From Candidatus Altiarchaeota archaeon (lineage in GTDB: Archaea > Altiarchaeota > Altiarchaeia > IMC4 > SCGC-AAA252-I15): 64,000 bases of DNA. Made by a program: the position numbers and the translations under genes. The notes beneath the pieces were generated by a model. The model ran no database searches. It saw nothing but the letters and a program-made list of their open reading frames with translations, and had not been told where the DNA came from. Positions 8,943 to 17,796 of the stretch are shown here, in pieces. The stretch is from the NCBI GenBank assembly GCA_041306075.1, contig JBFYKH010000071.1, positions 1,499 through 65,498 on the forward strand, read 5' to 3'. How positions within the stretch are numbered: the stretch's first letter is position 1; the number at the start of each line of letters is the position of its first letter.

Positions 8943-10021
8943 TGGCGAACATAGCGTTCATAGGCGACTGCCACCTCGGCTTCCGGCACAGGGGGAAGGC
9001 GCAGAGGCTCAGGGACTACGCGGCCGCTTTCGAGGACGCGGTGTCGAAGGCGCTCTCCATGGGCCCGGACGCCGTGGTATTCCTCGGGGACCTGGTGCAC
9101 CACGCCAAGCCAGACCCCGTGAGCCTCCGGACCGTCATCAGGAGGCTGATGGGGGCCGCCGACCGCTGTCCGGTAATCGTGTGCATAGGCAACCACGAGA
9201 TAGAGGGGCACTTAGGCACCACGTACGCGCCGATATACGGCGACCTCCACCCGGCGATACACGTTTTGTCCGCCGAGAACCCGGAGGCCGCCGTCGACAT
9301 AGGCGGCAGGAGCTACCGCTTCCGCGGCTTCGAGTACACCCGCCAGAGGGAGTCGGCGCAGGAGAAGCTGAAGGCCGTCGCCGAGCGGCCGGGAGGCGAC
9401 GTGAACATACTATGCCTCCACCAGGCGGTCGAGAGGTACCTGAGCCCCTACGAGCTGTCGCTCCCCTCACTGCGGCGGGCGGCGGAGAAGCACGACCTCG
9501 TCATGTCCGGGCACGTCCACAAGCACCAGGAGATAACGGAGGTCTCGGACATAGCACCCGCGTACTACTGCGGCTCCACCGAGCGCGTCAGCTTCAACGA
9601 GGCCGGGAACCCGACAGGGTTCATGTTCTTCAGGGGCGACGACTTCAGGGAGCCCGAGTACGTGCCCGTTGACTCCGCCCCCATGTCGTACAGGCGCCTT
9701 GAGTTCGAGGGGGCCCCGGAGGAGCTCAACGCCCTCATACTCAGGACCGTCGAATCCGACGGCGCGAAGCTCCTGAGGATTGACGTGTCAGCCGACATAC
9801 GCGGCGACGCCATGGACGTCAGAAGGGACTGGGACGCATGCATGGGCGACAGGACGGTGCTCGAGGTGAACGTCGCCCCCAAGACGTCCGATTCCGAAGT
9901 CAGGCTCGAGCGCGCCCAGCTTAGCGAAGACCTCATCAGGGAATACTTCCAGAAGGCGGCCACCGGCGACAGGGAGCTGGAGGAACTGTGTGTCGAACTA
10001 TTCCGAAAGTACGGCTCGTGA
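8939..10021 (+). CDS. mre11: Mre11/SbcD-like DNA repair nuclease (calcineurin-like phosphoesterase)
   Basis: Phosphoesterase motifs I-V are present (GDCHLG, GDLVHH, GNHE, LHQ, GHVHKHQ). No rad50 is adjacent. Confidence 0.72.
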   Translation: MMANIAFIGDCHLGFRHRGKAQRLRDYAAAFEDAVSKALSMGPDAVVFLGDLVHHAKPDPVSLRTVIRRLMGAADRCPVIVCIGNHEIEGHLGTTYAPIYGDLHPAIHVLSAENPEAAVDIGGRSYRFRGFEYTRQRESAQEKLKAVAERPGGDVNILCLHQAVERYLSPYELSLPSLRRAAEKHDLVMSGHVHKHQEITEVSDIAPAYYCGSTERVSFNEAGNPTGFMFFRGDDFREPEYVPVDSAPMSYRRLEFEGAPEELNALILRTVESDGAKLLRIDVSADIRGDAMDVRRDWDACMGDRTVLEVNVAPKTSDSEVRLERAQLSEDLIREYFQKAATGDRELEELCVELFRKYGS

Positions 10022-10073
10022 GGGCGCGAGCCAACCCGTCATTCGACGGCAACCACGACCGTTTCGGGGTGTT

Positions 10074-10098
10074 ATAAGGCGTCAGGCAATATATTACC
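10074..10098 (+). promoter_or_regulatory. TATA boxes (ttataa / aatatatta) upstream of radB
   Basis: AT-rich elements 19-43 nt upstream of the ATG at 10117. Confidence 0.4.
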
Positions 10099-10116
10099 CT
10101 CGTCAACGGGTGCGGC

Positions 10117-10797
10117 ATGCTGAAGTTCAACAACGGATTCGACGGGCTCCTCGGGGGCGGCCTCATGGAGGGCGTCGTGACGCAGGTGTACGGTCCGCCA
10201 GCGTCGGGGAAGACCAACCTCGCCTTGCTCGCCTCCGTGAACGCGCTCGGCCAGGGGAAGGTCGTGTACGTGGACCCGGAGGGCGGCTTCAGCGTCGAGC
10301 GGCTCAGGCAGATGGCTGCTGAGCGGTTTCCCGAGGTCCTCGGCAACATGATGCTCCTGCAGCCCACGACGTTCGAGGAGCAGAAGGCGGCGGTCGCGAA
10401 GCTGGACGAGGCGATGGCGGGCGTGAAGGTGTCTCTTGTCGTCGTAGACAGCATAGCCATGCTCTACCGGATGGAGGAGGACAAGGACGTGAGGATGCTC
10501 GGCCGGATGCTCGCGCAGCTTCTGAGGATATCGCGCAGGTACGGGATACCCGTGCTCCTGACGAACCAGGTGTACAGTGAATTCGACACCAACATCATCC
10601 GCCCCATCGGCGGCCAGATAAGCGAATACTTCACCAAGAACATCGTGGAGCTAGGCCGCGGACAGGACGGCGGCCGCATCGCCACCCTAAGGCGGCACAT
10701 GAGCCTGCCGGAGGGGAAGACCCTGCCATTCATAATCACGCAGCGCGGAGTCGAGACGGCGCCGGCCGAAAACGCGCGACCCGGAGCCTCCGAGTAG
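10117..10797 (+). CDS. radB: DNA repair and recombination protein RadB
   Basis: 226-aa short RecA-family protein with a Walker A motif (GPPASGKT) and no N-terminal HhH domain. Confidence 0.85.
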   Translation: MLKFNNGFDGLLGGGLMEGVVTQVYGPPASGKTNLALLASVNALGQGKVVYVDPEGGFSVERLRQMAAERFPEVLGNMMLLQPTTFEEQKAAVAKLDEAMAGVKVSLVVVDSIAMLYRMEEDKDVRMLGRMLAQLLRISRRYGIPVLLTNQVYSEFDTNIIRPIGGQISEYFTKNIVELGRGQDGGRIATLRRHMSLPEGKTLPFIITQRGVETAPAENARPGASE

Positions 10798-10827
10798 CTT
10801 TTTACCCTGGATTTCTCGTTATCTACC

Positions 10828-12633
10828 ATGGCAGCCGCCAGGAGAAGGACCCCGAAGGACCATCCGGAACTCGGCCTCTTCACCCAGTTGGAGAAGCCGG
10901 CGGAGCCTCCGCCCCTGCCCGACCTGAAGCCGCCGGCGGCGCCGGTGCGGCCTCTAGGCCCCGTGGAGCAGATGACGCTCTTCAACATGGACGTGCGGGA
11001 GCCGGCTGCCGGGAAGCTGGAGATAAACCGAGCGTCTGTGGAGGCCCTCGGCGCGGACGTGGCGGCGGGCGACGGCATGCTCCTCCTGAGGCATCCGCTC
11101 CTTGAGGAATTCGAGTACCGGAGATACCAGGTCGACATAGCGTCGGAGGCGGCGGCCCACAACACCCTCGTCATCGCGCCAACGGGTCTCGGTAAGACCA
11201 GGATTGCGGTGCTCGCGGCGGCGAAGACGATGCAGGACAATCCGGGGAAGAAGATACTCATACTCGCGCCGACGAAGCCGCTAGCGGAACAGCATGCCCT
11301 CGAGTTCGGCGGCCTCTTCAAGGGGAAGAAGACGGGGGTGTATACCGGGGAGTCGGCGCCAGAGGGGCGCGAGAAGACATGGTCGGAATCGGACATAGTC
11401 TCCGCGACCCCGCAGACGGTGCTCAACGACGTGAGGAGCGGGAGAATCAGTCTCCGCGACGTTTCTCTGATGGTCGTGGACGAAGTCCACCGGGCCACGA
11501 AGGACTACCCGTACGTCGACCTCGCAGGGGCGTTCGACGGGAGGCTGATAGGCCTCACCGCGTCGCCGGGCTCGGGCGCCGGGAGGATAGAGTCGGTGTG
11601 CAGGGCCCTGAAGGTGGAGGCGAAGCACATCGAAATCAGGACGAGGGACGACGATGACGTCGCACCCTACGTCCAGTACACCAAGCGGAACCTCGTCACC
11701 GTGAAGCGGGAGGAGGCGGGCGAGGTGGAAAGGCTCATAGGCGACGCGTACCGGGCGTCGCTCGTCAACCTGAGGCGGCAGCTGAAGGACCCGGAGCTTA
11801 GGGACTTCAGGAGGGGGAGCGAAGCCGCCAGGAAACTCCTCGAGACGCCGCTTCAGGACGTGAAGCAGATGGGCCTCCTCGCGGTCGGCGCGGACCTTGA
11901 CGCCGCAATAACGCGGGCCGGCGGCAGATACACGGACGAGAAGGGGGAGCTTCTGAAGGCGAAGTCCCTGGAGGCTGAGGCGATGAAGCTCGGCCACGCT
12001 GTGAAGGTGCTCCCGGGATACGGGATATACACTACCCGCGAATACATACGGGAGCTTGGCGGCGACGGCAGCAAGGCTTCGATGAGGATAATGAAGGACA
12101 AGCGGGTAAGGGACGCAATCAAACTCATGGACGGCCTCCTCTCGGAGAACAGGCCGACCCCGAAGCTCGAGAAGGCGGCGGAGCTTGCGAAGGGGCAGGA
12201 GGGGCGGGTGATAGTGTTCGCCGAGTACAGGGACACCGTCGACCAAATCGTCGACCACCTCAGGGGCAGAGGCGTGGAGGCGGAGAAGTTCATCGGGCAG
12301 GGCGAGGGCGGCATGACACAAACGGCGCAGAAGGACACGCTAGAGCGCTTCAAGCGCGGCGAGTTCAAGGCCCTCGTGTCCACCAGCATCGGCGAGGAGG
12401 GCCTCGACGTCCCGGAGGTGGCGGCGGTCATATTCTTCGAGCCGGTCGCGGACGAGCGCAGGCTCATACAGCGTGAGGGCAGGACCGGCAGGCACAAGCC
12501 CGGGAATACTTACATACTCCTGGCGGAGGGCTCCCGCGACGAGGCTACGTACTGGACCGGCTACTGGAAGTGGCGGAAGATGAGGGAGAACATAGAGCTT
12601 CTGAGGAAGGCTGAGGGATTCCATGTTCAGTAG
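10828..12633 (+). CDS. hef: Hef/FANCM-family DEAH helicase (helicase domains only, no ERCC4 nuclease domain)
   Basis: Hef-like N-terminus (YQVDIA...LVIAPTGLGKTRIA, LAPTKPLAEQH, DEVH, QREGRTGR). The ORF ends straight after helicase motif VI. The first ~50-100 aa are Pro/Ala-rich, so the true start may be the ATG at about 10972. Confidence 0.72.
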   Translation: MAAARRRTPKDHPELGLFTQLEKPAEPPPLPDLKPPAAPVRPLGPVEQMTLFNMDVREPAAGKLEINRASVEALGADVAAGDGMLLLRHPLLEEFEYRRYQVDIASEAAAHNTLVIAPTGLGKTRIAVLAAAKTMQDNPGKKILILAPTKPLAEQHALEFGGLFKGKKTGVYTGESAPEGREKTWSESDIVSATPQTVLNDVRSGRISLRDVSLMVVDEVHRATKDYPYVDLAGAFDGRLIGLTASPGSGAGRIESVCRALKVEAKHIEIRTRDDDDVAPYVQYTKRNLVTVKREEAGEVERLIGDAYRASLVNLRRQLKDPELRDFRRGSEAARKLLETPLQDVKQMGLLAVGADLDAAITRAGGRYTDEKGELLKAKSLEAEAMKLGHAVKVLPGYGIYTTREYIRELGGDGSKASMRIMKDKRVRDAIKLMDGLLSENRPTPKLEKAAELAKGQEGRVIVFAEYRDTVDQIVDHLRGRGVEAEKFIGQGEGGMTQTAQKDTLERFKRGEFKALVSTSIGEEGLDVPEVAAVIFFEPVADERRLIQREGRTGRHKPGNTYILLAEGSRDEATYWTGYWKWRKMRENIELLRKAEGFHVQ

Positions 12634-12922
12634 GATAGGCATGGGGATACCCGGGCTCGGCCTCGCCCGCCGTGCCGCGAGGATGCAGGCCAGGAGCGTG
12701 ATGACTGATGCCGCGGACTCCGATGTGCGGGCCGAGGTGGCGCGGAAGGCAGAGGAGCTCGCGAAGGCCCTCGAATCCGCGGGAGACGTCCCCCTCAGAA
12801 GCCTCAGGGAGGACGGGGGCAGGCCGGTCATACTCCACGCGGCGGTGGGGTGGCTCCTGAAGGAGGACAGGATACAGGTCGTCCGCGGAAGCGGGGGGCT
12901 AGCAGCGAGGCTGAAACGATGA
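12623..12922 (+). CDS. Small hypothetical protein (possible winged-helix)
   Basis: 99 aa. Its stop overlaps the next start (ATGA), so it is coupled with the downstream receiver-domain gene. Confidence 0.4.
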   Translation: MFSRIGMGIPGLGLARRAARMQARSVMTDAADSDVRAEVARKAEELAKALESAGDVPLRSLREDGGRPVILHAAVGWLLKEDRIQVVRGSGGLAARLKR

Positions 12923-13434
12923 GGCGCAGGAACCTGCCGCCGAAGGACATGTTCCCCGCAGTCGAGGCCATACCCGTGAGGGAGCTGGCCCCGGTAAGGT
13001 TCGACATCGACGTTCACACCACGACGACTCGCGAGAGGCCCGAGCTTGAGCGCGCCATGGGCAACAGGCAGAGCGTCCTCCTCGTCCACGCCGAAGACGA
13101 CTTCAGGCGGCATGTCAGGAAGAGCCTGATGGAGGCCGGCTACAACGTGGAAGCCGCGGATTCGAGGCCGAAGGCCCTGGAGCGGCTGTTCGCGGAGCCG
13201 CAGCCCCACATAATCCTCGTACAGGAGGAGCTGCCAGGCACGCCCGGCAGCGAGCTGATAGCGGAAGCCTACCAGTACGACCTGACGAAGGGACTGAAGG
13301 TCGCGCTCCTGGCGGAGCGTCAGGTCGGCGTCGCGGAGCGGAGGATGCTAAGGCTGGACGCGTTCATCAGGAAGCCCGTGGAACCGGTCGAGGTCGTCCG
13401 CGTAGTCCGGGGCCTGAGCAGGAACATCAACTGA
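12918..13434 (+). CDS. Stand-alone CheY-like receiver-domain protein with an atypical active site
   Basis: REC fold pattern (VLLVHAEDD ... HIILVQEELPGTPG ... FIRKP). The DD pair and the conserved Lys are present. The phospho-acceptor position reads Q/E, not Asp. The start was moved from the ORF-track 12850 to the ATG at 12918. Confidence 0.55.
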
Positions 13435-13439
13435 GCCCT

Positions 13440-16247
13440 TCACGGCTGAAACTCTTGGAGAATCCTTTCGGCGTCCTTGCCGTTCCCGCCGCCCATCGCC
13501 AGCGCAGGCTTCCCGCCGCCCCCGCCGCCGAGCGCCGCACACAACCGCTTACAAACGTCGCCTGCATCCATGCCGCCGCTTGAGGCGACGACGACGTTGA
13601 CCCTGTCGCCTCCTATGTTGAGCAGTACCAGTAACCTCCCGGGCTTAGAAACGGCCTTCAAGGCCGCATCGCTCAACGCCTTCACCGGCAGGCCATGGGT
13701 CACATGCTTTACTGTGTCTGATGATGCGAACCTTTCACCAATATCCTTAAGGAGCATGTCCTGTGAGCCTGCCTGGAGCCTCTCCAACGCCTTCCTGTTC
13801 TGCCTCCAGGCGTCGAACAGGGAGTTTGCAGACTCGACTAAGCCGCCGCCTGGTTTGTAGGCCGCTGGCGCGCCCCCGAGGGACTTTATTGTAATGGCGT
13901 CCTGGTCGCACTCCAGCATAAACCGCTCGGCGGTCTGCGGCAGCTGCTCCGGCTGGACGCGGAAAACCTGAGCCGCCTCGGCGACTGCGCCGCCCTTGAA
14001 TGGGGCCGCGACCTTCATCTTGGCCGACGTCGCAGAGTACATTTCCTCCTCCTTCCCCTCGTCCTTCTCGGATGCGGCGCCTGCCGTGAACTCGAGCCTG
14101 ACGACGCCGTCCTGTATTCTCTTCGCGGACAGCATCCTTATCCTGCCCGCCTCCCTGGTGTTCCCGAGGTGGGTTCCGCCGCAGGCTTCCGTGTCGATGC
14201 CCGGGATGCTGACTATCCTGATACTTGTGCCCGGGACCGCGCCGCCCTGGTACAATCTCATCCCGTACTTCCCCTCGGCCTCGTTCCGCTTCATCCACTT
14301 GACTTCGACGGGGCGGGCCTCCGCGACCGTCACGTTGGCCGTGTCCTCTATCCGCTTCAGCTCCTCCTGCGACACGCTCTTATAGTGGGTGATGTCGAGC
14401 CTGGACGACTCCTCGCTCTTGTGGGCGCCCGCCTGCCATACGTGGGGGCCGAGCGTCTCCCTCGCCGCCGCGTTCACGATGTGGGTGGCGGTGTGGTGCT
14501 GCATCAGCTGGAACCTTCGTTTGTCGTCGAGCATGCACTCGACCGTCTGCCCGGGCTTAAGGTGCGCGATTTTATCTACCGTGTGGACGACGACCCTCCC
14601 CGCCTTCTCCACATAGGTGACCTTGGAGCCGCCGATTCTGCCGTAGTCCGACTCCTGGCCCCCTCCCTCCGGGTAGAAATAAGTTCTGTCCAGTATGACC
14701 CTGCCGTCGGACGCGTAAAGGACTTTCGCCTCGAAGTCGAGCCTCCCCTGGTCCTCGTAGTAGGCGAGTACCGTGTCCGCAATCCCCTCCGGGGGGCTGA
14801 ACCCGGCCTTGGCCTCATCCTCTTGCGCCGCCTTCTCATGTCGCTCCTCCACGAGGCGGTAGAAGTTGTCGGGCACCGGGGCACCGGTGAGTTTCCCGAC
14901 GAGGTCAGGCGATATGCCGTGGCTGTCGTAGAGCTCCACCATCTTCTCCACCGTCATCGACTTCTCCTTCGCGAGGAGCCTCCTGCCCTTCTCCTGGCCT
15001 TCGACGTAACGCTGCCTCTCCACGGCCACGATGTCGTAGAGGCTGCCGGTCTCCTTCAAGTCCGTGTACCACCTCCCGAACTCCCCTATGTGCTCCTCGA
15101 ACACCTTCTCCAGCTCTATGTTGAGGCCGAACTCCTCGTTCAGGCTCCAGCACCTCCTCAGGAGCGTCCTCAGGTTGTATCCGCCGCCGACGTTGGAGGG
15201 GAGCGCCCCGTCGTGTATCGCGACGAGCAGGCTCCGGGCGTGGTCCGCTATCGCGTAGAGCGCCCGCATCCTGAACACCCTCTCCCTGAGCTCGGGGGGC
15301 GTGAGACCCAGCTCCTTCGCTATGGAGCCCCACACCGACCCTATGTCGTCGACGTCGTCGATGTTGAGGAGGCCCGCGTAGTGGCCGAACTTCGCCATGA
15401 ACTTCCGGTCTGGCTTGACGCCGCTCGCCCGGTACATGTATTCCATCACCTTCGGGAACGTGCTGTCGTAGCTCATCGGGCTGCCCTGGCTGAACCAGCT
15501 CCAGCGCTCCAGGCCCGCGCCCATGTCGATGACCCGGGTACGAAGCTCCCGGGAGCTCCCGTCCGGAAGCACCTGGTACTGCATGTACACCTGGTTGCCG
15601 AGCTCGAGGCCGCGGCTGAAGAACTCCATGCTCGGGCCGTAGTTGCCGCCGCCGGCCCACACGTCCTCGTGGTAGCATATGTCGCCGGCCTTGATTCCGA
15701 GGCCGGTTGTGAGGAACTCGTGCATCTGGAGTATGCCCTCGTCCTTGAAGTAGACGTGCCGTTCCGGCGTGTTGAAGGTGTGCTGGCCGACCATGACGAA
15801 CCCGCTGTAGTGGCGGCCGGTGACGCCGACGGAGTCGATGTCCTGGAACCTGAGGCAGAACTGCGGCTCAAGGACCGCGGGCGCGGGCGGCTCCACCTCC
15901 CCTGCGACGACGTAAGGCTGGAAGTCGTTGATGCCCGCGTTCACGAAGTACAGGTCCTCGTACCAGCGGCAGACGACCGGGTACCTGTTGATGGGCACGT
16001 AGCCCCATTTGCCGAAGACCTTCACGTACTCGTCCCAAGCCTCCTTGTACTCGAACCTCTTCCTCGTCAGCTTCTCCCCGATGAACCTGTAGCCTCCCGA
16101 GCACGCCGGCTCGTCGCAGAACTCCCGCTCCACGGAGCTCCAGAATCCGCGGCCGCATTTGCCGCAGACGCGCCGGCTGAACCCGACGCCCTCCAGGGAC
16201 TCGGCCGGATAGTACTTCCGGAAGTTCCTGTGGAACTCCGGCTTCAT
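13440..16247 (-). CDS. alaS: Alanine--tRNA ligase (archaeal type)
   Basis: Class-II AlaRS N-terminal catalytic core, editing-domain HxxxH/CxxxH motifs and the C-terminal DHHA1-like region. The start was trimmed from the ORF-track 16439 to the Met at 16247 (MKPEFHRNF...). Confidence 0.93.
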   Translation of the reverse strand: MKPEFHRNFRKYYPAESLEGVGFSRRVCGKCGRGFWSSVEREFCDEPACSGGYRFIGEKLTRKRFEYKEAWDEYVKVFGKWGYVPINRYPVVCRWYEDLYFVNAGINDFQPYVVAGEVEPPAPAVLEPQFCLRFQDIDSVGVTGRHYSGFVMVGQHTFNTPERHVYFKDEGILQMHEFLTTGLGIKAGDICYHEDVWAGGGNYGPSMEFFSRGLELGNQVYMQYQVLPDGSSRELRTRVIDMGAGLERWSWFSQGSPMSYDSTFPKVMEYMYRASGVKPDRKFMAKFGHYAGLLNIDDVDDIGSVWGSIAKELGLTPPELRERVFRMRALYAIADHARSLLVAIHDGALPSNVGGGYNLRTLLRRCWSLNEEFGLNIELEKVFEEHIGEFGRWYTDLKETGSLYDIVAVERQRYVEGQEKGRRLLAKEKSMTVEKMVELYDSHGISPDLVGKLTGAPVPDNFYRLVEERHEKAAQEDEAKAGFSPPEGIADTVLAYYEDQGRLDFEAKVLYASDGRVILDRTYFYPEGGGQESDYGRIGGSKVTYVEKAGRVVVHTVDKIAHLKPGQTVECMLDDKRRFQLMQHHTATHIVNAAARETLGPHVWQAGAHKSEESSRLDITHYKSVSQEELKRIEDTANVTVAEARPVEVKWMKRNEAEGKYGMRLYQGGAVPGTSIRIVSIPGIDTEACGGTHLGNTREAGRIRMLSAKRIQDGVVRLEFTAGAASEKDEGKEEEMYSATSAKMKVAAPFKGGAVAEAAQVFRVQPEQLPQTAERFMLECDQDAITIKSLGGAPAAYKPGGGLVESANSLFDAWRQNRKALERLQAGSQDMLLKDIGERFASSDTVKHVTHGLPVKALSDAALKAVSKPGRLLVLLNIGGDRVNVVVASSGGMDAGDVCKRLCAALGGGGGGKPALAMGGGNGKDAERILQEFQP

Positions 16248-16310
16248 CTGCGCCTTCAGGGCGCGGAAATCAAAGGCCACCGTAAATATACGCTCCCGCC
16301 TCTTAAAACG

Positions 16311-16320
16311 CTTATAATCC
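16311..16320 (+). promoter_or_regulatory. TATA box (cttataatcc) 23-32 nt upstream of the ATG at 16343
   Basis: Divergent promoter region shared with alaS. A second element (cgtaaatata, 16283-16292) faces alaS. Confidence 0.35.
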
Positions 16321-16342
16321 TGCGCCGCCGGATACTTTACCG

Positions 16343-17059
16343 ATGAGCCTGCGCGAATTGAAGCCCCCGCCTCTCCTTGAGCCGCCGCTTCCGGCGTCTG
16401 AATTCGGCTGGACCACGGTCCCGGAGGGTAGTATAGCATCCTTCGCGGAAATGGTGTTGCGCGGGGGGCTCGACTGCGCCAACCTGGGCGAATGCCACGT
16501 CGCCCTGGCGGGATTGGGCCGCCGCCTGGAGGTTCCGGAAAGCCAGTGGGGGACTATGGCGGAGGCGCTCGCCAAGCATCGGAAGGACGGCAACGCCCTC
16601 CTCACCGCATCCCTCCTCTTTTCCATGAATGCTTTAGGCCGGCCCCAGGAGATAACCCAAGATGATACGCGGCTCTTGTGCGCGGATTTGGACCGCTACC
16701 GCGCAAACAAGACGGGCCTGAGGGTAGCGGAGCTCCACTACCGCATGCACGGCATCGGAGTCGGCGTGGAGATTACGCCCGCCGACAGAAAGACAATGGT
16801 CGACGCGGTAGGCCAATACCGACTAAACGGCGACGGCCTCGGTGTGGCCGCCCAGCACTACTACCTCATGAAGCTCGGCTTCAAACAGGAAATCAAAATG
16901 CAGGACTGGGCCCTGATGCGCAAGCGCCTCGAAGAGGAGTCCAGGTTCGTTTCCGCGCCTGGATTGGAGCTTGCGTGCATGGTGTCGGAGCTTGCCAGGG
17001 AGGCCGGCGAAACCCGCCCAGCAAACGATATGCCGCCCCTGAAGAGGTTCACGCGATGA
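16343..17059 (+). CDS. Repeat protein of unknown function (3-4 copies of a ~40-aa G-[WL]-x-V-x-x-LHY-x-[LM]-x-x-[LI]-G-[IF]...E-I-T...DG unit; C-terminal MPPLKRFTR)
   Basis: 238 aa. Internal repeats are visible directly in the translation. Its stop overlaps the start of a paralogous gene (ATGA). Confidence 0.6.
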   Translation: MSLRELKPPPLLEPPLPASEFGWTTVPEGSIASFAEMVLRGGLDCANLGECHVALAGLGRRLEVPESQWGTMAEALAKHRKDGNALLTASLLFSMNALGRPQEITQDDTRLLCADLDRYRANKTGLRVAELHYRMHGIGVGVEITPADRKTMVDAVGQYRLNGDGLGVAAQHYYLMKLGFKQEIKMQDWALMRKRLEEESRFVSAPGLELACMVSELAREAGETRPANDMPPLKRFTR

Positions 17060-17796
17060 CGGTCAGAATCGCGCAGCTCAAGGAGCAGCCTCTCCTGTCT
17101 CCGCCCGCGGATAGGCCGGACCTGGCGGTCCCGCGGGACGTGGAGGACGCCATCCTCAAGGGGATAGCGGACTACCGGGGGGCGAAGGACGGATGGAACG
17201 TCATCAGGCTCCACTACTATGCCCTCCGTCTTGGCATACCGACCGTGGTCACCACGGCGGACGAGGAGCTGGCGCGGAAGGAGCATCACGAGGTCAGGTA
17301 CGGAGGAGGGAAGCCGTGGACCACCCACGCCGTAGGCGACTTCTACCTACAGATGAAGGCCATCGGCAGGAAAGCCCCCGTATTCACCACCGACGAGGAG
17401 AGAATGAGGAACACGTTCGACGATGACAGGAAACGCGACGGATACGGCCTCGCGCAGACGCTCTACCAGTTCCATGCGCTAGGCCTCAAGGAGGAGGCCA
17501 CTGACGCCGACCGGGAGAAGATGCTGTCCGCGCTCGAGGATGCGCGGCTTAACCTCCGCGGCTGGGGCGTCCTGAGGATGCACTACTGGCTGAGGGGGCT
17601 TGGCATCAGGGAGGAGATTACCGTGGATGACAAGGCCCTCTTCGAAGGGCGCATAAGGGAGGTCAGGGGCAAGGATAGCGTCCTCATGCTTGCCGAGGCC
17701 TACTGCCTGCGGCATGAGCTACTGTCGGACAAGGGCGCGAAGAATCCAGCCGAGACGTCGATGCCGCCCCTGAAGCGTTTCACTCGCTTTTCCTGA
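17056..17796 (+). CDS. Repeat protein of unknown function, paralog of 16343-17059 (4-5 repeat units, the same C-terminal MPPLKRFTR motif)
   Basis: The ORF-track entry 16678-17796 carries an Arg-rich artefactual N-terminus. The real start is the ATG at 17056 (MTVRIAQLKEQPLLSPP), which parallels the N-terminus of the upstream gene (LKPPPLLEPP). Confidence 0.6.
   Translation: MTVRIAQLKEQPLLSPPADRPDLAVPRDVEDAILKGIADYRGAKDGWNVIRLHYYALRLGIPTVVTTADEELARKEHHEVRYGGGKPWTTHAVGDFYLQMKAIGRKAPVFTTDEERMRNTFDDDRKRDGYGLAQTLYQFHALGLKEEATDADREKMLSALEDARLNLRGWGVLRMHYWLRGLGIREEITVDDKALFEGRIREVRGKDSVLMLAEAYCLRHELLSDKGAKNPAETSMPPLKRFTRFS

Noticed and set aside
12340-13209. 289-aa minus-strand ORF spanning the helicase end, the small wHTH gene and the receiver-domain gene
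   Set aside because: It is antisense to three well-formed plus-strand genes and has low-complexity composition.
14169-16346. 725-aa plus-strand ORF
   Set aside because: It is antisense to alaS. It has low-complexity Arg/Leu/Pro/Val composition and no motifs.
16678-17055. N-terminal 126 aa of ORF 16678-17796 (Arg-rich), overlapping the upstream repeat-protein gene in a different frame
   Set aside because: The composition is artefactual. The ATG at 17056 gives an N-terminus parallel to the upstream paralog and an ATGA stop/start overlap, so the gene starts there.
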